Part shown: positions 41,401-56,400 of the stretch, piece by piece
Layout of the letters: each line of letters begins with the position of its first letter
Numbering within the stretch: the first letter of the stretch is position 1
DNA from: Macrostomum lignano
Lineage: Eukaryota
Assembly (NCBI GenBank): GCA_002269645.1
Contig: NIVC01001917.1
Location: 124,001-188,000, forward strand
Direction of reading: 5' to 3'
DNA length: 64,000 nt
Notes under the pieces: generated by a model
Database searches by the model: none
Told to the model about the DNA's origin: nothing
What the model saw: only the letters and a program-made list of their open reading frames with translations
Program-made: the position numbers and the translations under genes

Positions 41401-44400
41401 GCATTGCTGCCCATTCCGCCGACTCCCCTGAGCAAGCAAGCGCGCGGATACGTACGCAGTCATACGCACAGGCACACACTCACACAGGAGTGTACAGCGG
41501 CCCTGACTGTATTTATCGTTAGGCATGTACACTTCACTGTGCCTTGGGGGTTGGGCCTTAAGGGCGTTAATTGCACGAGCAGAGCCAAGCCGAAATTCCA
41601 GTTTAGCCCCAAATTAATGTGACTGCACTTGGAATCGAGCCTGGGCCGCTGGCACATCAGAGCGCCGCGCTGGACCACTGGGCAATAGCAATTCCCTCAT
41701 GCATAAGACTTTTTTATTCAGTCGACAAGGGATTTTTTATGGATTAACCCTAGCCCTAACTTAACCCTAATCCTGCTGAAACCTCAACATTTCAGGCATT
41801 CCCCCATGAGCAAAAGCATTTCAGTAATTCCCCACATAAGTCTTGGAATCTCAGCAGCTCCCATGGACCTTGAGCCTAAGCATTCCAGATAATTCCCCCA
41901 TGAGACCTAACAACTCTGCAGTTCACCCCCCGCGCAAAAGCCTTGACATTTTAGCAATTCCCCCAACAGCCACAGAATTTCAGTAACTATTTCCATGAGC
42001 CTGACATCTCAGCAATTTCCGCCCTAAGCCTTGACTCTTAGAGATTCCCCCCATTTGTCTTGACATCTTAGCAATTCCCAATGAGTCTCATATTCGACAG
42101 GGCGCTTTTTTGGTTGACATCGCTTTCATTGAGTTTTCTCTTTACAAATAGCTTTTATTTAAGAAATTTGCGACATTTCACTAACAGTTTAGCAATGATT
42201 CACCAGCACAGTTTCCCACAATCCCTGAGCAGATAGCCACAAATCTACATATTTCTCAATAAATCGAAATCATTTGAAACGTTTGCAACTTGCAATTAAA
42301 GATTGATTTGCAATCCTCTCGAACTTATCACTTTACTGTACAAGACAGATTAGCAAAGCTCCCTCAAATTAGTGCTGCTCACCCCGATTAGCACAGCTCC
42401 CTCAAATTAGTGCTGCTCACCCCGATTAGCACAGCTCCCCCAAATTAGTGCTGCTCACCCCGATTAGCACAGCTCCCTCAAATTAGTGCTGCTCACCCCG
42501 ATTAGCACTATCCCAGTAAATTAGCACTTACTCATATCAGCTTTGCACTGATTAACGCATGAATTGAAATTGAATTGATAAAAAAATCTGCATGAATCTG
42601 CACGGGAGACAACCATTATTGTCACAGGTTGCAGAGATCAATTCTCTGCTTCAATGTAGACTCGAACTGTCAATCTTCTGCTTAGGCTGCTCCATCTGCC
42701 TACATACAGTTGCAACGTACAGTGAAGGCAGCTGCACATTAATGAGTTGGCTGAGTCACTGCCATTCAGACAGGGTCAGAGAATCTGAATGTACACACGC
42801 GACCATTGGTTATTTTTCTCACCTTTGCACCCAGTCAGCATTTCACTCTGCCCCTCCAATTCACGCAGTTTTCTGCAAGCTGTGATGCAATAAACTTTAT
42901 TGCGATTTAGACAGTCACAAGTCACATTAAGCAAATTTGATCTTTGCAAAAACAGGTTTCCGAATTTTTAAAGCACTGAACATTTAAGCAGACGGACTAA
43001 ATTTTAACCAAAGAAATCTTAAATCTTTTGCAGAAAACGCGATCAGAATTGGTTCAGGCATTCAGTCTGTTCCATATAGCGAAAATTCTGTAGACAGGGA
43101 AAGGACCATAAATGTACATAATACGAGTATTGTACACAATCAATAAGTTTATTACTTTTCAACTGCACTGGCAGATTTCTCTTTCGCCAGAGTGAATGCG
43201 CAATGCTTGGCACACCGTCTCCACATAAAAAAGTTCAGAGTCAATTTATAGCGGGAATATTCAGAACGCAGTCATGACTGTAGTTATGATTATTGGAACG
43301 CAGTTATGATTATTGGAATTGGAATTCAGCCAGTCAAGAATTCAACTTGGTTTGGTCTCCCATTAAAAGCATTGGGAAAACTCGTTTTTCGAATATTTCG
43401 GTTCAATCTCTAAAGCGTTACAGACAGACAAACAGATATTTAGTATAGGTAAAAAGATAAAAGATATATTAGAAGATTAGAAGAAGAAGAAGAAGAAGAT
43501 ACTCGTAGATTAGAAGATAGATTTGATTAGAGATTTAGTATATTTAGGTTTGTGCAGCAAGTTTTGTTTCATGGAAAACCTAAACCGAAATCGTAGCCTT
43601 CAGAAGCCATCATAGCAGTTGCTCGAAATAACTTATCAACTTATGCAGTGCACATACACTCAGCAACATGTTAAAGATTCCACCCCGAAGCCAGTGGTCA
43701 GCAAGTGGCAGCAGCTTTAATCCAGCCCAAGCCATAACTCTCCACTCTCTCCTCACTCCATATTCTATGGCTTAAACTGGCTGACGGGTAGGTGCACACA
43801 GAGACACAAAACCAGGTGCCAATTCCACCATCCTTCAGGTACAGTGCCCATCTGCGGCCTGCTGTCTGGTGGCAGCCGGCACGCACTGCGGGGCGTCCAC
43901 GCCAGCCTGTGCCGCAACCAGGTGCCGCTGGTGCTCATCAAAGGAACCGGCGGCCTCGCCGACCTTCTAGCCGTCCTCATCGATGACCTCGCCGAAGTTG
44001 AGCACGCTAAGCACAAGAAGAAGAACATCGAACGCGAGCAGGACATTCTCGAGTTCAACCGGCTGCGCAACCTCATGCTGGACATCTGGACCCTGCCGCT
44101 GGGCACGGATCTCGACCGGGAGGTGGCCACGCTTGTCGACATACTCCGCCGGAAGCAGAGCATCGAGATCTTCAGCCTTGACGAGGACGCGCCGTCGGAT
44201 TTGGACGCGAAAATTCTGGCCTCTCTGCTCAACTCGGCCGGCACCGACGGCCACGAAGAGTCGGAGCGGTTCAACAAAGCGCAGCTGAAGATCGCCCTGG
44301 CACTGGATCGCAGCGACGTCGCCAAGCAGAAAGTGTTCGGCGAGAACAAGAAATGGCGCAAAGGCGACCTGGACAACTTCATGCGAGACGCGCTGCGGGA

Positions 44401-47400
44401 CAACAAGGTGGCCTTCGTGAAGCTGTTTGTACAGCAGGGCTTCAGCCTGGAGCAGTTCGTCACCATCCAGCTGCTGGAGGATTTGTACACCGAGGATGTC
44501 ACAACTGGGGTGGGTTTACGAACGCGTGGACCCCTGGAACTGCTCCCAGTATTGCTAGATAATAGCTGTGAACAGACAGTTCAAACTTAGTCAAACAATA
44601 ATAGTCCGATAAGCAGAAACTTCTCGCTCTGTTCTTTTTTGTGCCAGAAGGACAGACTAATGCCTTTCTGACTTGAATACAAAATTTGCAATAAAAGTTG
44701 TTGCAAAAAATTTCAGAGTCAAACAATTGGAATCCTGAGAAACGGACTGCAGGCTGCGGTCGGGAAGACGGTACGAATTTTTTCCTAATCTTGTTTGATA
44801 GTCACTCTATCGGCATGAAATCTGAAGGAAAAGTGCAGTTTCCACTCTAGATTCTAAGTCTACAACTCCATGGTTTAGTCAGCAGTTTCCACTCTAGATT
44901 CTAAGTCTAAAACTCCATGGTTTAGTCAGCAGTTTCCACTCTAGATTCTAAGTCTACAACTCCATGGTTTAGTCAGCAGTTTCCACTCTAGATTCTAAGT
45001 CTAAAACTCCATGGTTTAGTCAGCAGTTTCCGCTCTAGACTCTAAGTCTAAAACTCCATGGTTTAGTCAGCAGTTTCCACTCTAGATTCTAAGTCTAAAA
45101 CTCCATGGTTTAGTCAGCAGTTTCCACTCTAGATTCTAGGTCTAAAACTCCATGGTTTAGTCAGCAATTTCTATTCCAGATTTCTAGATCTAAAAATCTA
45201 CGGTTTCGAAGCTTTTCACTCCAGATTTTGTCACGAACTTCATACTCACCTAGTATTCTCCTGTTATTCCAGGGGGTCGTTAACGTCACCATGGAAGACA
45301 TTGGCAGAGTGCTGCTGCACATGATGGGCTCATTCTACAAGCCATTCTATCTCAGCAAAGAGTTTCAGAGAGACTTTCGAATTGGCGGTGAGTGACAAAT
45401 TAAATTTTCTTTGTTGCTAAGTTAGTAAATATAATTAAAGTCATAAAGGCGGTACAGCATCTAATCGACTTCCATTGCAGATTCGGCCAAAGGCAAACAC
45501 GGTCTTGGCTTTAGTAATGCCGCCTATGTTAAATTCAGCTCGAACGAGATTGACAGAAAAACATCTGGTAGGTTTGAGCGACGGCAAACTACGGATAAAT
45601 GATGACCCACAGTGGAAGGTGCAGATGACCCACAGTGGAAGGTGCAGATGACCCACAGTGGAAGGTGCAGATGACCCACAGTGGAAGGTGCAGATGACCC
45701 ACAGTGGAAGGTGCAGATGACCCACAGTGGAAGGTGCAGATGACCCATAATGGAAGGTGCAGATGGCCCACAGTGGAAGGTGCAGATGACCCACAGTGGA
45801 AGGTGCAGATGACCCACAGTGAAATGTGCAGATGACCCACAGTGAAATGTGCAGATGACCCACAGTGAAATGTGCAGATGATCCACAGTGGAAGCTGCTA
45901 ACCCCGAAATGTCCCCCCCACCTAGACGCGGGCAGCCACATCTCCATGGAGCGACCGGCGCTGGACCTGTTCACCTGGAGCCTGCTCACTCAGCGTACCG
46001 CACTGGCCGAGTTCTTCTGGAGCCTAGAGAAGGAGTGCATTGCCGGGGCGCTGTTTGCGGCCATGCTGCTCAGAGAGTCCAGAGCGTTTAGTGACGATCT
46101 CACAGAGAAAGAGCAGCTGGAGGCGTTGGCCAAGTGAGACCGGATCTCGGATCTACTCTACTCTACTCTACTCTACTCTACTCTACTCCATTCTACTCTA
46201 CTCTACTCTACTCTACTCAACTCTACTCTGCTCTACTCTACTCTACTCTACTCTACTCTACTCTACTCTACTCTACTCTACTCTACTCTACTCTACTCTA
46301 CTCTACTCTACTCTACTCTACTCTACTCTACTCTATTCTACTCTACTCTACTTCATTCTACTCTACTCTACTTTACTCTACTCTACTCTACTCTACTTTA
46401 CTCTACTCTACTCTACTCTACTCTACTCTACTCTACTCTACTCTACTCTACTCTACTCTACTCTACTCTACTCTACTCCATTCTACTCTACTCTACTTTA
46501 CTTTACTCTACTCTCTACTCAGTACTCAACTTCAAATTCCACAGCGCATTCGAGGCCCGAGCCGAAGGCGTCCTCGAGGAGTGCTACCGAGACAACCAGA
46601 GCAACACCCAGGAGAACCTGGTCCGCGAGCTGCCCTTCTACGGCCAGAGCACCTGTTTCGTGCTGGCTGCCGAAGGCGGCTCAATCAAGTTCATCTCCCA
46701 TCGCTGCTGCCAGGAGATGCTGGACATCATCTGGAAAGGCAATTTGTCCACGAAGAAGAACAGCTCGCTTAGGGTGAGGCTGGCAGCTGCAGAGTGGGAT
46801 ATCGCTTCCGACATTGTAACGTTTCAAATTTTCGGTCTTCGGGCACTGCCGCAAATCAAGGCAGCGGTCGATGCAGTCATGCACGCCCCATTCTGCTGAG
46901 CCATGAGCACGCATTTTGAGGGTGCTTGAGTAGCTGAGATGTCAATACTCATAAGGGGATTGCTGAAATGCTGTGGCTCATGGGGGGCAGTATCAAATCG
47001 ACCGTTGAGCTACTCTGAGTCATAAAAAAACTTTTTAACTGCTCAACTAACGCAGTTTTTTTGCGGTCTCGGCTGCGGCCTCGCCTGCCCTCCGCTGCTG
47101 GCGCTGGTGATCAAGTTCAGCTGCGACGAGCTCGATGGCGTCGGCAGCTCGCCCAAACGCCCCTCTGAGACCTCCGGCGGCGGCTCAGCCGGTGCCGCCA
47201 GACGGAAAAGCATCGCCGCCGCCGCAGCGGCCGCCACGGCGACTGGGCGAAAGTCGGGCTTAAAGAAAAACAAAGTAGACCCGGAGACTGGAGACCGGCT
47301 GCCTGACAGGTGATGAGGAGAGTCACGGAGTTGGGATATAGGCACATTGGGATATAGGCACATTGGGATATAGGCACATTGGGATATAGGCACATTGGGA

Positions 47401-50400
47401 TATAGGCACATTGGGATATAGGCACATTGGGATATAGGCACATTGGGATATAGGCACATTGGGATATAGGCACATTGGGATATAGGCACATTGGGATATA
47501 GGCACATTGGGATATAGGCACATTGGGATATAGGCACATTGGGATATAGGCACATTGGGATATAGGCACATTGGGATATAGGCACATTGGGATATAGGCA
47601 CATTGGGATATAGGCACATTGGGATATAGGCACATTGGGATATAGGCACATTGGGATATAGGCACATTGGGATATAGGCACATTGGGATATAGGCACATT
47701 GGGATATAGGCACATTGGGATATAGGCACATTGGGATATAGGCACATTGGGATATAGGCACATTGGGATATAGGCACATTGGGATATAGGCACATTGGGA
47801 TATAGGCACATTGGGATATAGGCACATTGGGATATAGGCACATTGGGATATAGGCACATTGGGATATAGGCACATTGGGATATAGGCACATTGGGATATA
47901 GGCACATTGGGATATAGGCACATTGGGATATAGGCACATTGGGATATAGGCACATTGGGATATAGACACATTGGGATATAGGCACATTGGGATATAGACA
48001 CATTGGGATATAGGCACATTGGTGGGAAGCAGACATATTGGGAAGCAGATACATTGGTGGGAAGCAGACACATTGGGAAGCAGACACATTGGGAAGCAGA
48101 CACATTGGTGGGAAGCAGACACATTGGGAAGCAGACACATTGGGAAGCAGACACACTGGGAAGCAGACACATTGAGCAATGAACAAAGAAATCCCTGATT
48201 TGCCTTCTCTGTCATTATGTCAAAATTTCTAAATCCTACAAACCGACAGAATTATAACTGGATTTGTTTCAACCAAAACCATGATTCGCAGAAGTCGCCG
48301 CTGCCGTTGCCTGTCGCCCCGAGAATTCGCAACCCGCATTCTGGATTTCTACTTCGCTCCGGTGGTTCGATTCATTTACTCTACTGTGAGTAGTGCAGTG
48401 AAGGAATTCTTCTACTGACAAGATTTAAAGAGCGAAATGTTTTGAAATTTTATTACGCTCGTAAAATGAGATTTGACGCTATTTACTATAACAAAAATTG
48501 ATGGGTAATATGTTTCGAAACTTTAAAATATCGAAACGTCATAAACTCGACATTTTTTTATTGTCGACGCTCGTGACGTTTTTGAAGTTTACAGTCTTCG
48601 AGCTTGTGTTGTTTTAAACTTGTGAATCTTCGAGCTTGTGTTGTTTTAAACTTGTGAGTCTTCGAGCTTGTGTTGTTTTAAACTTGTGAATCTTCGAGCT
48701 TGTGTTGTTTTAAACTTGTGAGTCTTCGAGCTTGTGTTGTTTTAAACTTGTGAATCTTCGAGCTTGTGTTGTTTTAAACTTGTGAGTCTTCGAGCTTGTG
48801 TTGTTTTAAACTTGTGAGTCTTCGGGCTTGTGTTGTTTTAAACTTGTGAGTCTTCGGGCTTGTGTTGTTTTAAACTTGTGAGTCTTCGGGGTTGTGTTGT
48901 TTTAAACTTGTGAGTCTTCGAGCTTGTGTTGTTTTAAACTTGTGAGTCTTCGAGCTTGTGTTGTTTTAAACTTGTGAGTCTTCGAGCTTGTGTTGTTTTA
49001 AACTTGTGAGTCTTCGAGCTTGTGTTGTTTTAAACTTGTGAGTCTTCGAGCTTGTGTTGTTTTAAACTTGTGAGTCTTCGAGCTTGTGTTGTTTTAAACT
49101 TGTGAGTCTTCGAGCTTGTGTTGTTTTAAACTTGTGAGTCTTCGAGCTTGTGTTGTTTTAAACTTGTGAGTCTTCGAGCTTGTGGAGTTTCTAGTTTGTG
49201 AAGCTTCGAGCTTGTGATGTTTTGATCTTGTGAAATTTCGAGCTTGTGATGTTTTGATCTTGTGAAATTTCGAGCTTGTGATGTTTTGATCTTGTAAAAT
49301 TTCGAGCTTGTGATGTTTTGATCTTGTGAAGTTTCGAGCTTGTGATGTTTTGATCTTGTAAAATTTTGAGCTTGTGATGTTTTGATCTTGTGAAGTTTCG
49401 AGCTTGTGATGTTTTGATCTTGTGAAGTTTCGAGCTTGTGATGTTTTGATCTTGTAAAGTTTCGAGCTTGTGATGTTTTGATCTTGTGAAATTTTGAGCT
49501 TGTGATGTTTTGGTCTTGTGAAATTTCGAGCTTGTGAAATTTCGAGCTGATGGAGTTTCGAGCTTGTGAAGTTTCGAGCTTGTGAAATTTCGAGCTTGTG
49601 AACTTTCGAGCATTCAAAAATTTTCATAATTTGACGGGCTGCACCCTCTTTAACGCTAGTCTTACACGCACTTCGCACGCAGCTGGCGTACCTGATCTTC
49701 CTGGGAATTTACTCCTACGTCATGCTATTCCTATTCGACAACGGCATGGACAACTGGTCGGCGATCCACCTGCTGCTCCTAGTCTGGGTGGTGTCCCTCG
49801 GCCTTGAGGAGATCCGTCAGGCCGCCCTGTCCGGGACCTCGTTCCGGTCGTACGTGTCGGACATGTGGAACATCATGGACATTATGGCCGTGCTGCTGTT
49901 CCTCATCGGCAGCTGTTTCTTCATAATGCGATCGATGGACAGCGTGGTGCAGCAGCTGTTCGTCACCGGCACTGACGTTGCCGCGTTGAAGAGCGCCAAG
50001 GAGACGCTGATCCGGTTGAGCAGAATCTGCCTGTGCATAGCGCTCTTCATCTTCTATATTCGTATACTGCAGGTGTTCTCCATTCACGTCAGCTTGGGCC
50101 CCAAAGTTGTCATGATTCAAAATATGGTGAGTGCTGCGCTAATGCTGGTTGCTGCAATCTGAACAGATCATAAACAGTTAGATAAGTTGAGTCATAGACT
50201 AATTGAGTCATAGACAAATTGAGTCATAGAAACACTGAATAATAAACAAATTGAGTCATAGACCAATTAGATAATAAATTGAGCCATAGACACATTGAGT
50301 TATAGACAAATTAGTTAATAGATAAATTGAGTCATAGACCCATTGAGTCATAGATAAGTCATAGACATTGAGTCGTAGACAAGTCATAGACACTGAGTCG

Positions 50401-53400
50401 TAGATAAGTCATAGACATTGAGTCGTAGAAAAGTCATCGACATTGAGTCATAGACACATTAGTTAATAAATCAAATGAGTCATAGACAGATTTAGTCAGA
50501 GGTACGTTAGGCATTAGATTAATTTAATCATGGACGTATTGGATCAATTAGGTAATAGATTAGATTAGATAATTGACAAATTACGTCAAAGACACATTAA
50601 GTCATTAAAGCATATGTCATAGACACATTGGTTCACAGAAATATTGGATCATAGAAATACTGAGTCATAGAAAAAAGGTCATAGACACATTAGGTAATAG
50701 ATTAATTTAGTCATAGAAACATTGGGTAATAGATAAATTGAGTCCGACACATGAGTCATAGACACATTGAGTCATAGACACATTGAGTCATAGAAAAATC
50801 AAGTCATAGACACATTGAGTCATAGACACATTGAGTCATAGACACATTGAGTCATAGACACATTGAGTCATAGACACATTGAGTCATAGAAAAATCAAGT
50901 CATAGACACATGAGTCATAGACACATTGAGTCATAGACACATTGAGTCATAGAAAAATCAAGTCATAGACACATTGAGTCATAGACACATTGAGTCATAG
51001 ACACATTGAGTCATAGAAACATCAAGTCATGGACATATTGAGTCATTAAAACTGGGTTATAGACACAAAATAACTCTAAATGAGTACATAAGCTCGTAAG
51101 ATTCCTGAGATTCCTTCGTCCAAATCCCCTGGCGTTGCGCACAGATCGTCAAAGACCTGCTGCCATTTCTGGTCATCTTTCTGCTGTTTATCCTGGCCTA
51201 CGCCATCATGTGGTCCAGCATCCTGTTCCCTAAGAGCAGCCTGTCAATCGCCGAGTCAATGAGCGAACTTATGGCAATAATGAAGACGTCATATTTTCAG
51301 GTGTTCGGCGAACTCAAAGTGGATATGATGTCTGGGGATGGTGAGCCACTTCTAGATTATTAATTTACGAGCGTAATTAGCTGGAAACAAAGCAAACCAA
51401 TTTTATAATCCATTCCGAATTTCCCCTTTCAGTGACTACTTTAAGTAAGTGATTTTCTATATGTAAATAAAAAGCATGAATATTATTTGTACGATTGCCA
51501 CGATAACAAGGATAATCAGCTAGAGACAGGGGCATCACACTGAGATGACAAAGATAATCAGCTAGAGACAGGGGCATCACACTGAGATGACAAAGATAAT
51601 CATGCTAGTGACAGGAGCAGCACACTGAGAAAACAAAGATAATCATGCTAGTGACAGGAGCATCACACTGAGATGACAAAGATAATCATGCTAGTGACAG
51701 GGGCATCACACTGAGATGACAAAGATAATCATGCTAGTGACAGGAGCATCACACTGAGAAAACAAAGATAATCATGCTAGTGACAGGAGCATCACACTGA
51801 GAAAACAATGATAATCATGCTAGTGATAGGGGCATCACACTGAGAAAACAAAGATAATGATGCTAGTGATAGGGGCATCACACTGAGATAACAAAGATAA
51901 TGATGCTAGTGACAGGAGTATCACACTGAGAAAACAAAGATAATCATGCTAGTGACAGGGGCATCACACTGAGAAAACAATGATAATCATGCTAGTGACA
52001 GGGGCATCACACTGAGATAACAAAGAGATAATCACGCTATATGTACTATCACAAAGATAGTACAAATAGTCACCGAATTTATCTTACCCACTCAACATTC
52101 CAAACTGACTGATAACGCCAAATAATTTATTTCTAAGCCGACCAGTGCAAAACCTCAAGCGTGGGCTGTCCAGACATCTGGGGCAAATGGCTGGCACCGA
52201 TTCTGCTAGGAGTTCACATTGTGCTCACCAATGTGCTCCTGCTCAACCTGCTGATCGCAACGTTTTCGTGAGTTTTCTATTGTGGATAGCTTACCCCCCA
52301 TTATGGATAGCCTACCCTCATTGTGGATAGCCTACCCCCGGCCCCATTATGGATAGACTACCCCCCTCCCCATTGTGGATAGCCTACCCCCCATTGTGGA
52401 TAGCCTACCCCCATTGTGGATAGCCTACCCTCATTGTGGATAGCCTAACCTCATTGTGGATAGCCTACCCCCGGCCCCATTATGGATAGCCTACCCCCCA
52501 TTGTGGATAGCTTACCCCCCATTGTGGATAGCCTACCCTCATTGTGGATAGCCTACCCTCATTGTGGATAGCCTACCCCCCATTGTGGATAGCCTACCCC
52601 CATTATTGATAGCCTACCCTCATTGTGGATAGCCTACCCCCCACTGTGGATAGCCTACCCCCATTGTGGATAGCCTACCCCATTGTGGATAGCCGCAGAC
52701 ACTCCTACCCCCCCCCATCCATTCTGGATAACCCCCACTCAATGCCGCAGACACGTTACTAAAGCCACCAACACTCCACCAACACAACCAGGCACACCTA
52801 CGAGGAGATACAGAGCTCCAGCACACAGCACTGGACCCTGCAGCGGTACATGATCATGCGAGAATACACCGAACGCAGTCCGATAGCTCCGCCTCTAATT
52901 ATAGTGTGGCACCTGGTCTTTGTACTGTACGTGCTCGTGCAGCGCTGTCGCGGACATCGGGTATTCGAAAACGGACCATTTAGTAAGTGCTTGGGTCGAG
53001 GTTACTGTTACTAAGGTGACAGTAGCAGCACTGTTTACTACTAATATTCCCAACCTTTTGTGCATCAAAATATCAACCAGTGATACTACGAGTAGACTGC
53101 CAGATATATCACTTTCAAGTAAAGTTGTTGAAAAGCATAACGTCTACTCTTTTTTCAGTAGTTTTCTGCACATTGGCACCTAAAGTTGATGTGGCAGCTA
53201 AAATTTCCTTCCTTCCTCCGGGTTTTCGGCCTCAGGAGCGTACGGGGCATTTAACTCTATGTACACAAGTAAACACAGGACGGACGAAACTCAGCCTAGG
53301 GGGCAGGCCCAATCTACTTGTAGCTCAGCCAATGAGAGAACAGTAAGGATCGAGAGAGGTCAAAGTTAGACGGACGAAGCCCAGCTTAGAGAGGGGGCCC

Positions 53401-56400
53401 AATCTGGCTCAGCCAATCAGAGAACAGTAAGATAGAGGTTAAAGTCAGACTAAGTAGCTTACCCAGACTGAGGGATCCTTGATTCGGAAAATTAAGCTTC
53501 CAATACAGACGCCTAGCTTTTAGACGTCTATGGCCAACAATCTCAATATTCCAGAGCGCAGTTACTCTGGCAACAGGCAGCGAGAGCGTCAGCTGATGCA
53601 GTGGGAGCACATTCGTGCCGTTGAGTTTCTGCGCGGCCAGGACGATCCGAAACGACGGCGCAAGTCGGACACCAGGACCATTGTCCGGGCTGGCGGGGTG
53701 GGCGGCAACGCCACCAACATGAAGAAGGAGCTGGACTCAGTTCAGGAAGGCCTTGGCGACCTGTTTCGCGATTCGATTCGCGAAGTCGAGGTGAATGTGA
53801 AGCGAATCGATAATGTTGAGCGACGGCTTGAGGAGCTGGCGGAGATGGTGGCCAATCTGGCCAAATCTATGGGTGAGAAGCATTACGAGGTGAGTCCGGG
53901 ACTCGAGCCTGTGTTTCTAAGGATTGTGTCAGCTGGTTAGTGTCGGAGCTGTTGTGTCTGTTCTAGTGACTGTTGTGTCTGTTCTAGTGACTGTTGTGTC
54001 TGTTCTAGTGTCTCTCTGTTGTGTCTGTTCTAGTGACTGTTGTGTCTGTTCTAGTGTCTCTCTGTTGTGTCTGTTCTAGTGACTGTTGTGTCTGTTCTAG
54101 TGTCTCTCTGGTGTGTCTGTTCTAGTGACTGTTGTGTCTGTTCTAGTGTCTCTCTGGTGTGTCTGTTCTAGTGACTGTTGTGTCTGATCTAGTGTCTGTT
54201 GTGTCTGTTCTAGTGTCTCTCTGTTGTGTCTGTTCTAGTGACTGTTGTGTCTGATCTAGTCTGTTGTGTCTGTTCTAGTGACTGTTGTGTCTGATCTAGT
54301 CTGTTGTGTCTGTTCTAGTGACTGTTGTGTCTGTTCTAGTGTCTCTCTGTTGTGTCTGTTCTAGTGACTGTTGTGTCTGATCTAGTGACTGGTGTGTCTG
54401 TTCTAGTGTCTCTCTGTTGTGTCTGTTCTAGTGACTGTTGTGTCTGTTCTAGTGACTGTTGTGTCTGTTCTAGTGACTGTTGTGTCTGTTCTAGTGTCTC
54501 TCTGGTGTGTCTGTTCTAGTGACTGTTGTGTCTGTTCTAGTGACTGTTGTGTCTGTTCTAGTGACTGTTGTGTCTGTTCTAGTGTCTCTGTTGTGTCTGT
54601 TCTAGTGACTGTTGTGTCTGTTCTAGTGACTGTTGTGTCTGTTCTAGTGACTGTTGTGTCTGTTCTAGTGACTGTTGTGTCTGTTCTAGTGACTGTTGTG
54701 TCTGTTCTAGTGACTGTTGTGTCTGTTCTAGTGACTGTTGTGTCTGTTCTAGTGACTATTGTGTCTCTTCTAGTGACAGTTGTGTCTGTTCTAGTGTCTG
54801 CTGTGTCTGTTCTAGTGTCTGTTGTGTCTGTTCTAGTGACTGTTGTGTCTGTTCTAGTGTCTGTTGTGTCTGTTCTAGTGACTGTTGTGTCTGTTCTAGT
54901 GACTGTTGTGTCTGATCTAGTGTCTGTTGTGTCTGTTCTAGTGTCTCTCTGGTGTGTCTGTTCTAGTGTCTGTTGTGTCTGTTCTTGTGACTGTTGGGTC
55001 TATTTCAGTATATTTTTTGTCTAATTTCTAGACTTTCTGTTGCTGTGAAGAATCAAAATGCTATTGAATAGCTGCTTGCATTATTCAGTTGGTTACAAAC
55101 TCAGCCTTCGCAAATGCATGCTCACGATCGGATTCTGATCCCTCCCCCCCCAGATGGTGACCATCATCCAGCACCAGTACGAGCAGTCCGAGGAGCGCAC
55201 CCGTCGCCAGGCCATGACGCTGTCCGGAGGCTCTCGCAGCGATCGCCGGACCACATCGCAGCCGGTCGCGGTGGACGACGACTTGAGCGTCCATCTGGGC
55301 AGCGAGGACTCGACCGAGGAGGAGCAGCGGCCGCGAGTTTGGCGCGGCAAACTGCAGCACCACCAGCTGGCCAGGCTAGTGCCGTACCAGCTGGACTCCG
55401 GCTCGGCCAGAGTGGCCGAGATGCCTGAAGTCTGGAGCAGCTCCGACTGGCCGGACAGAGCCGAGGCGGCCGGAGCTTTTAACGGATTCGACTCGAGCAG
55501 CGGGTTCCACAGGGGCTCGCATGCTGGGCGGTAAGACATTTCGTCCCGAGTGGTACAGTGACACTTTGTCCCAGGGAAATCGGACATTTCGTCCCGAGTG
55601 GTACAGTGACACTTTGTCCCAGGGAAATCGGACATTACGTCCCAGACTTACTGGAACATATCTTCCGAGGGGCAATCGGACACTTTCGTCCCAGGGGCAT
55701 TTGAAAATTTTTGGCGAAGACCAAATTTGTGCATAGCGGCGAAATTTAAATGCACAATGGTAGAAAATGTAGTGACTACATTGTGAATGTATTTCACAAT
55801 TATAATAATTGAGAATGAAGTGTCGATGGATTACCATTTGAAGTTATTAAATTTTATAATCAGAAATATCAACACCATCGCTAGCAAAAGAAGATGCAGC
55901 TACTCAGTTTCACTTTTACAGGAATCAGCTAATTTAATATTTTTAACCGACTGTTTCTTTAGTGCTCATTTGTCATTCGTTTTGAATTTAGACGATGTCA
56001 GAGTTAAACAAAATATATCAATAAATATAATATACATGAGCCTCTTTGAGTTAATTAAAACTAAGTCAGTAATTTGAAGCAGAAATTGAAAGCAAATTTC
56101 AACAAGAAGTTGGAACCCCACCCACCGCCGCCGCCACCCAGCTACGTGACTGACGAGGCCGGCCGCCCGATGAACCCCAGCGGCAAGCCGGGGGCACCGG
56201 ACCGCAACCGGCTGCCGCTGTGGGGTCCCAACCACTGCCTCCACTTGGCCGTCACTCGTTGGCGACGAGACGATCGTCAGAACATCGCCAAGAAGGCTGG
56301 ACGGCCGGTGCTGCAGGTTGCGGCGGTGCTGGACCGTCGGGGCGGCATGCAGCTGCCGTGGTATCACGTCAAGCACTGCCTGCCGAGCTGTATCGGTCCA

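Noticed and set aside
43765-44502. 245-aa minus-strand ORF (and similar antisense ORFs over TUT, LINE and FkbM)
   Set aside because: Shadow ORFs of GC-rich coding exons on the opposite strand.
45888-45925. Apparent frameshift at the C7 run in TRPM
   Set aside because: Resolved by the downstream acceptor cccacctag|AC at 45925, which gives the correct phase 1.
53270-53440. GGACGAAAC motif suggesting a hammerhead
   Set aside because: No CTGANGA partner; it is a diverged ~95-bp local duplication.
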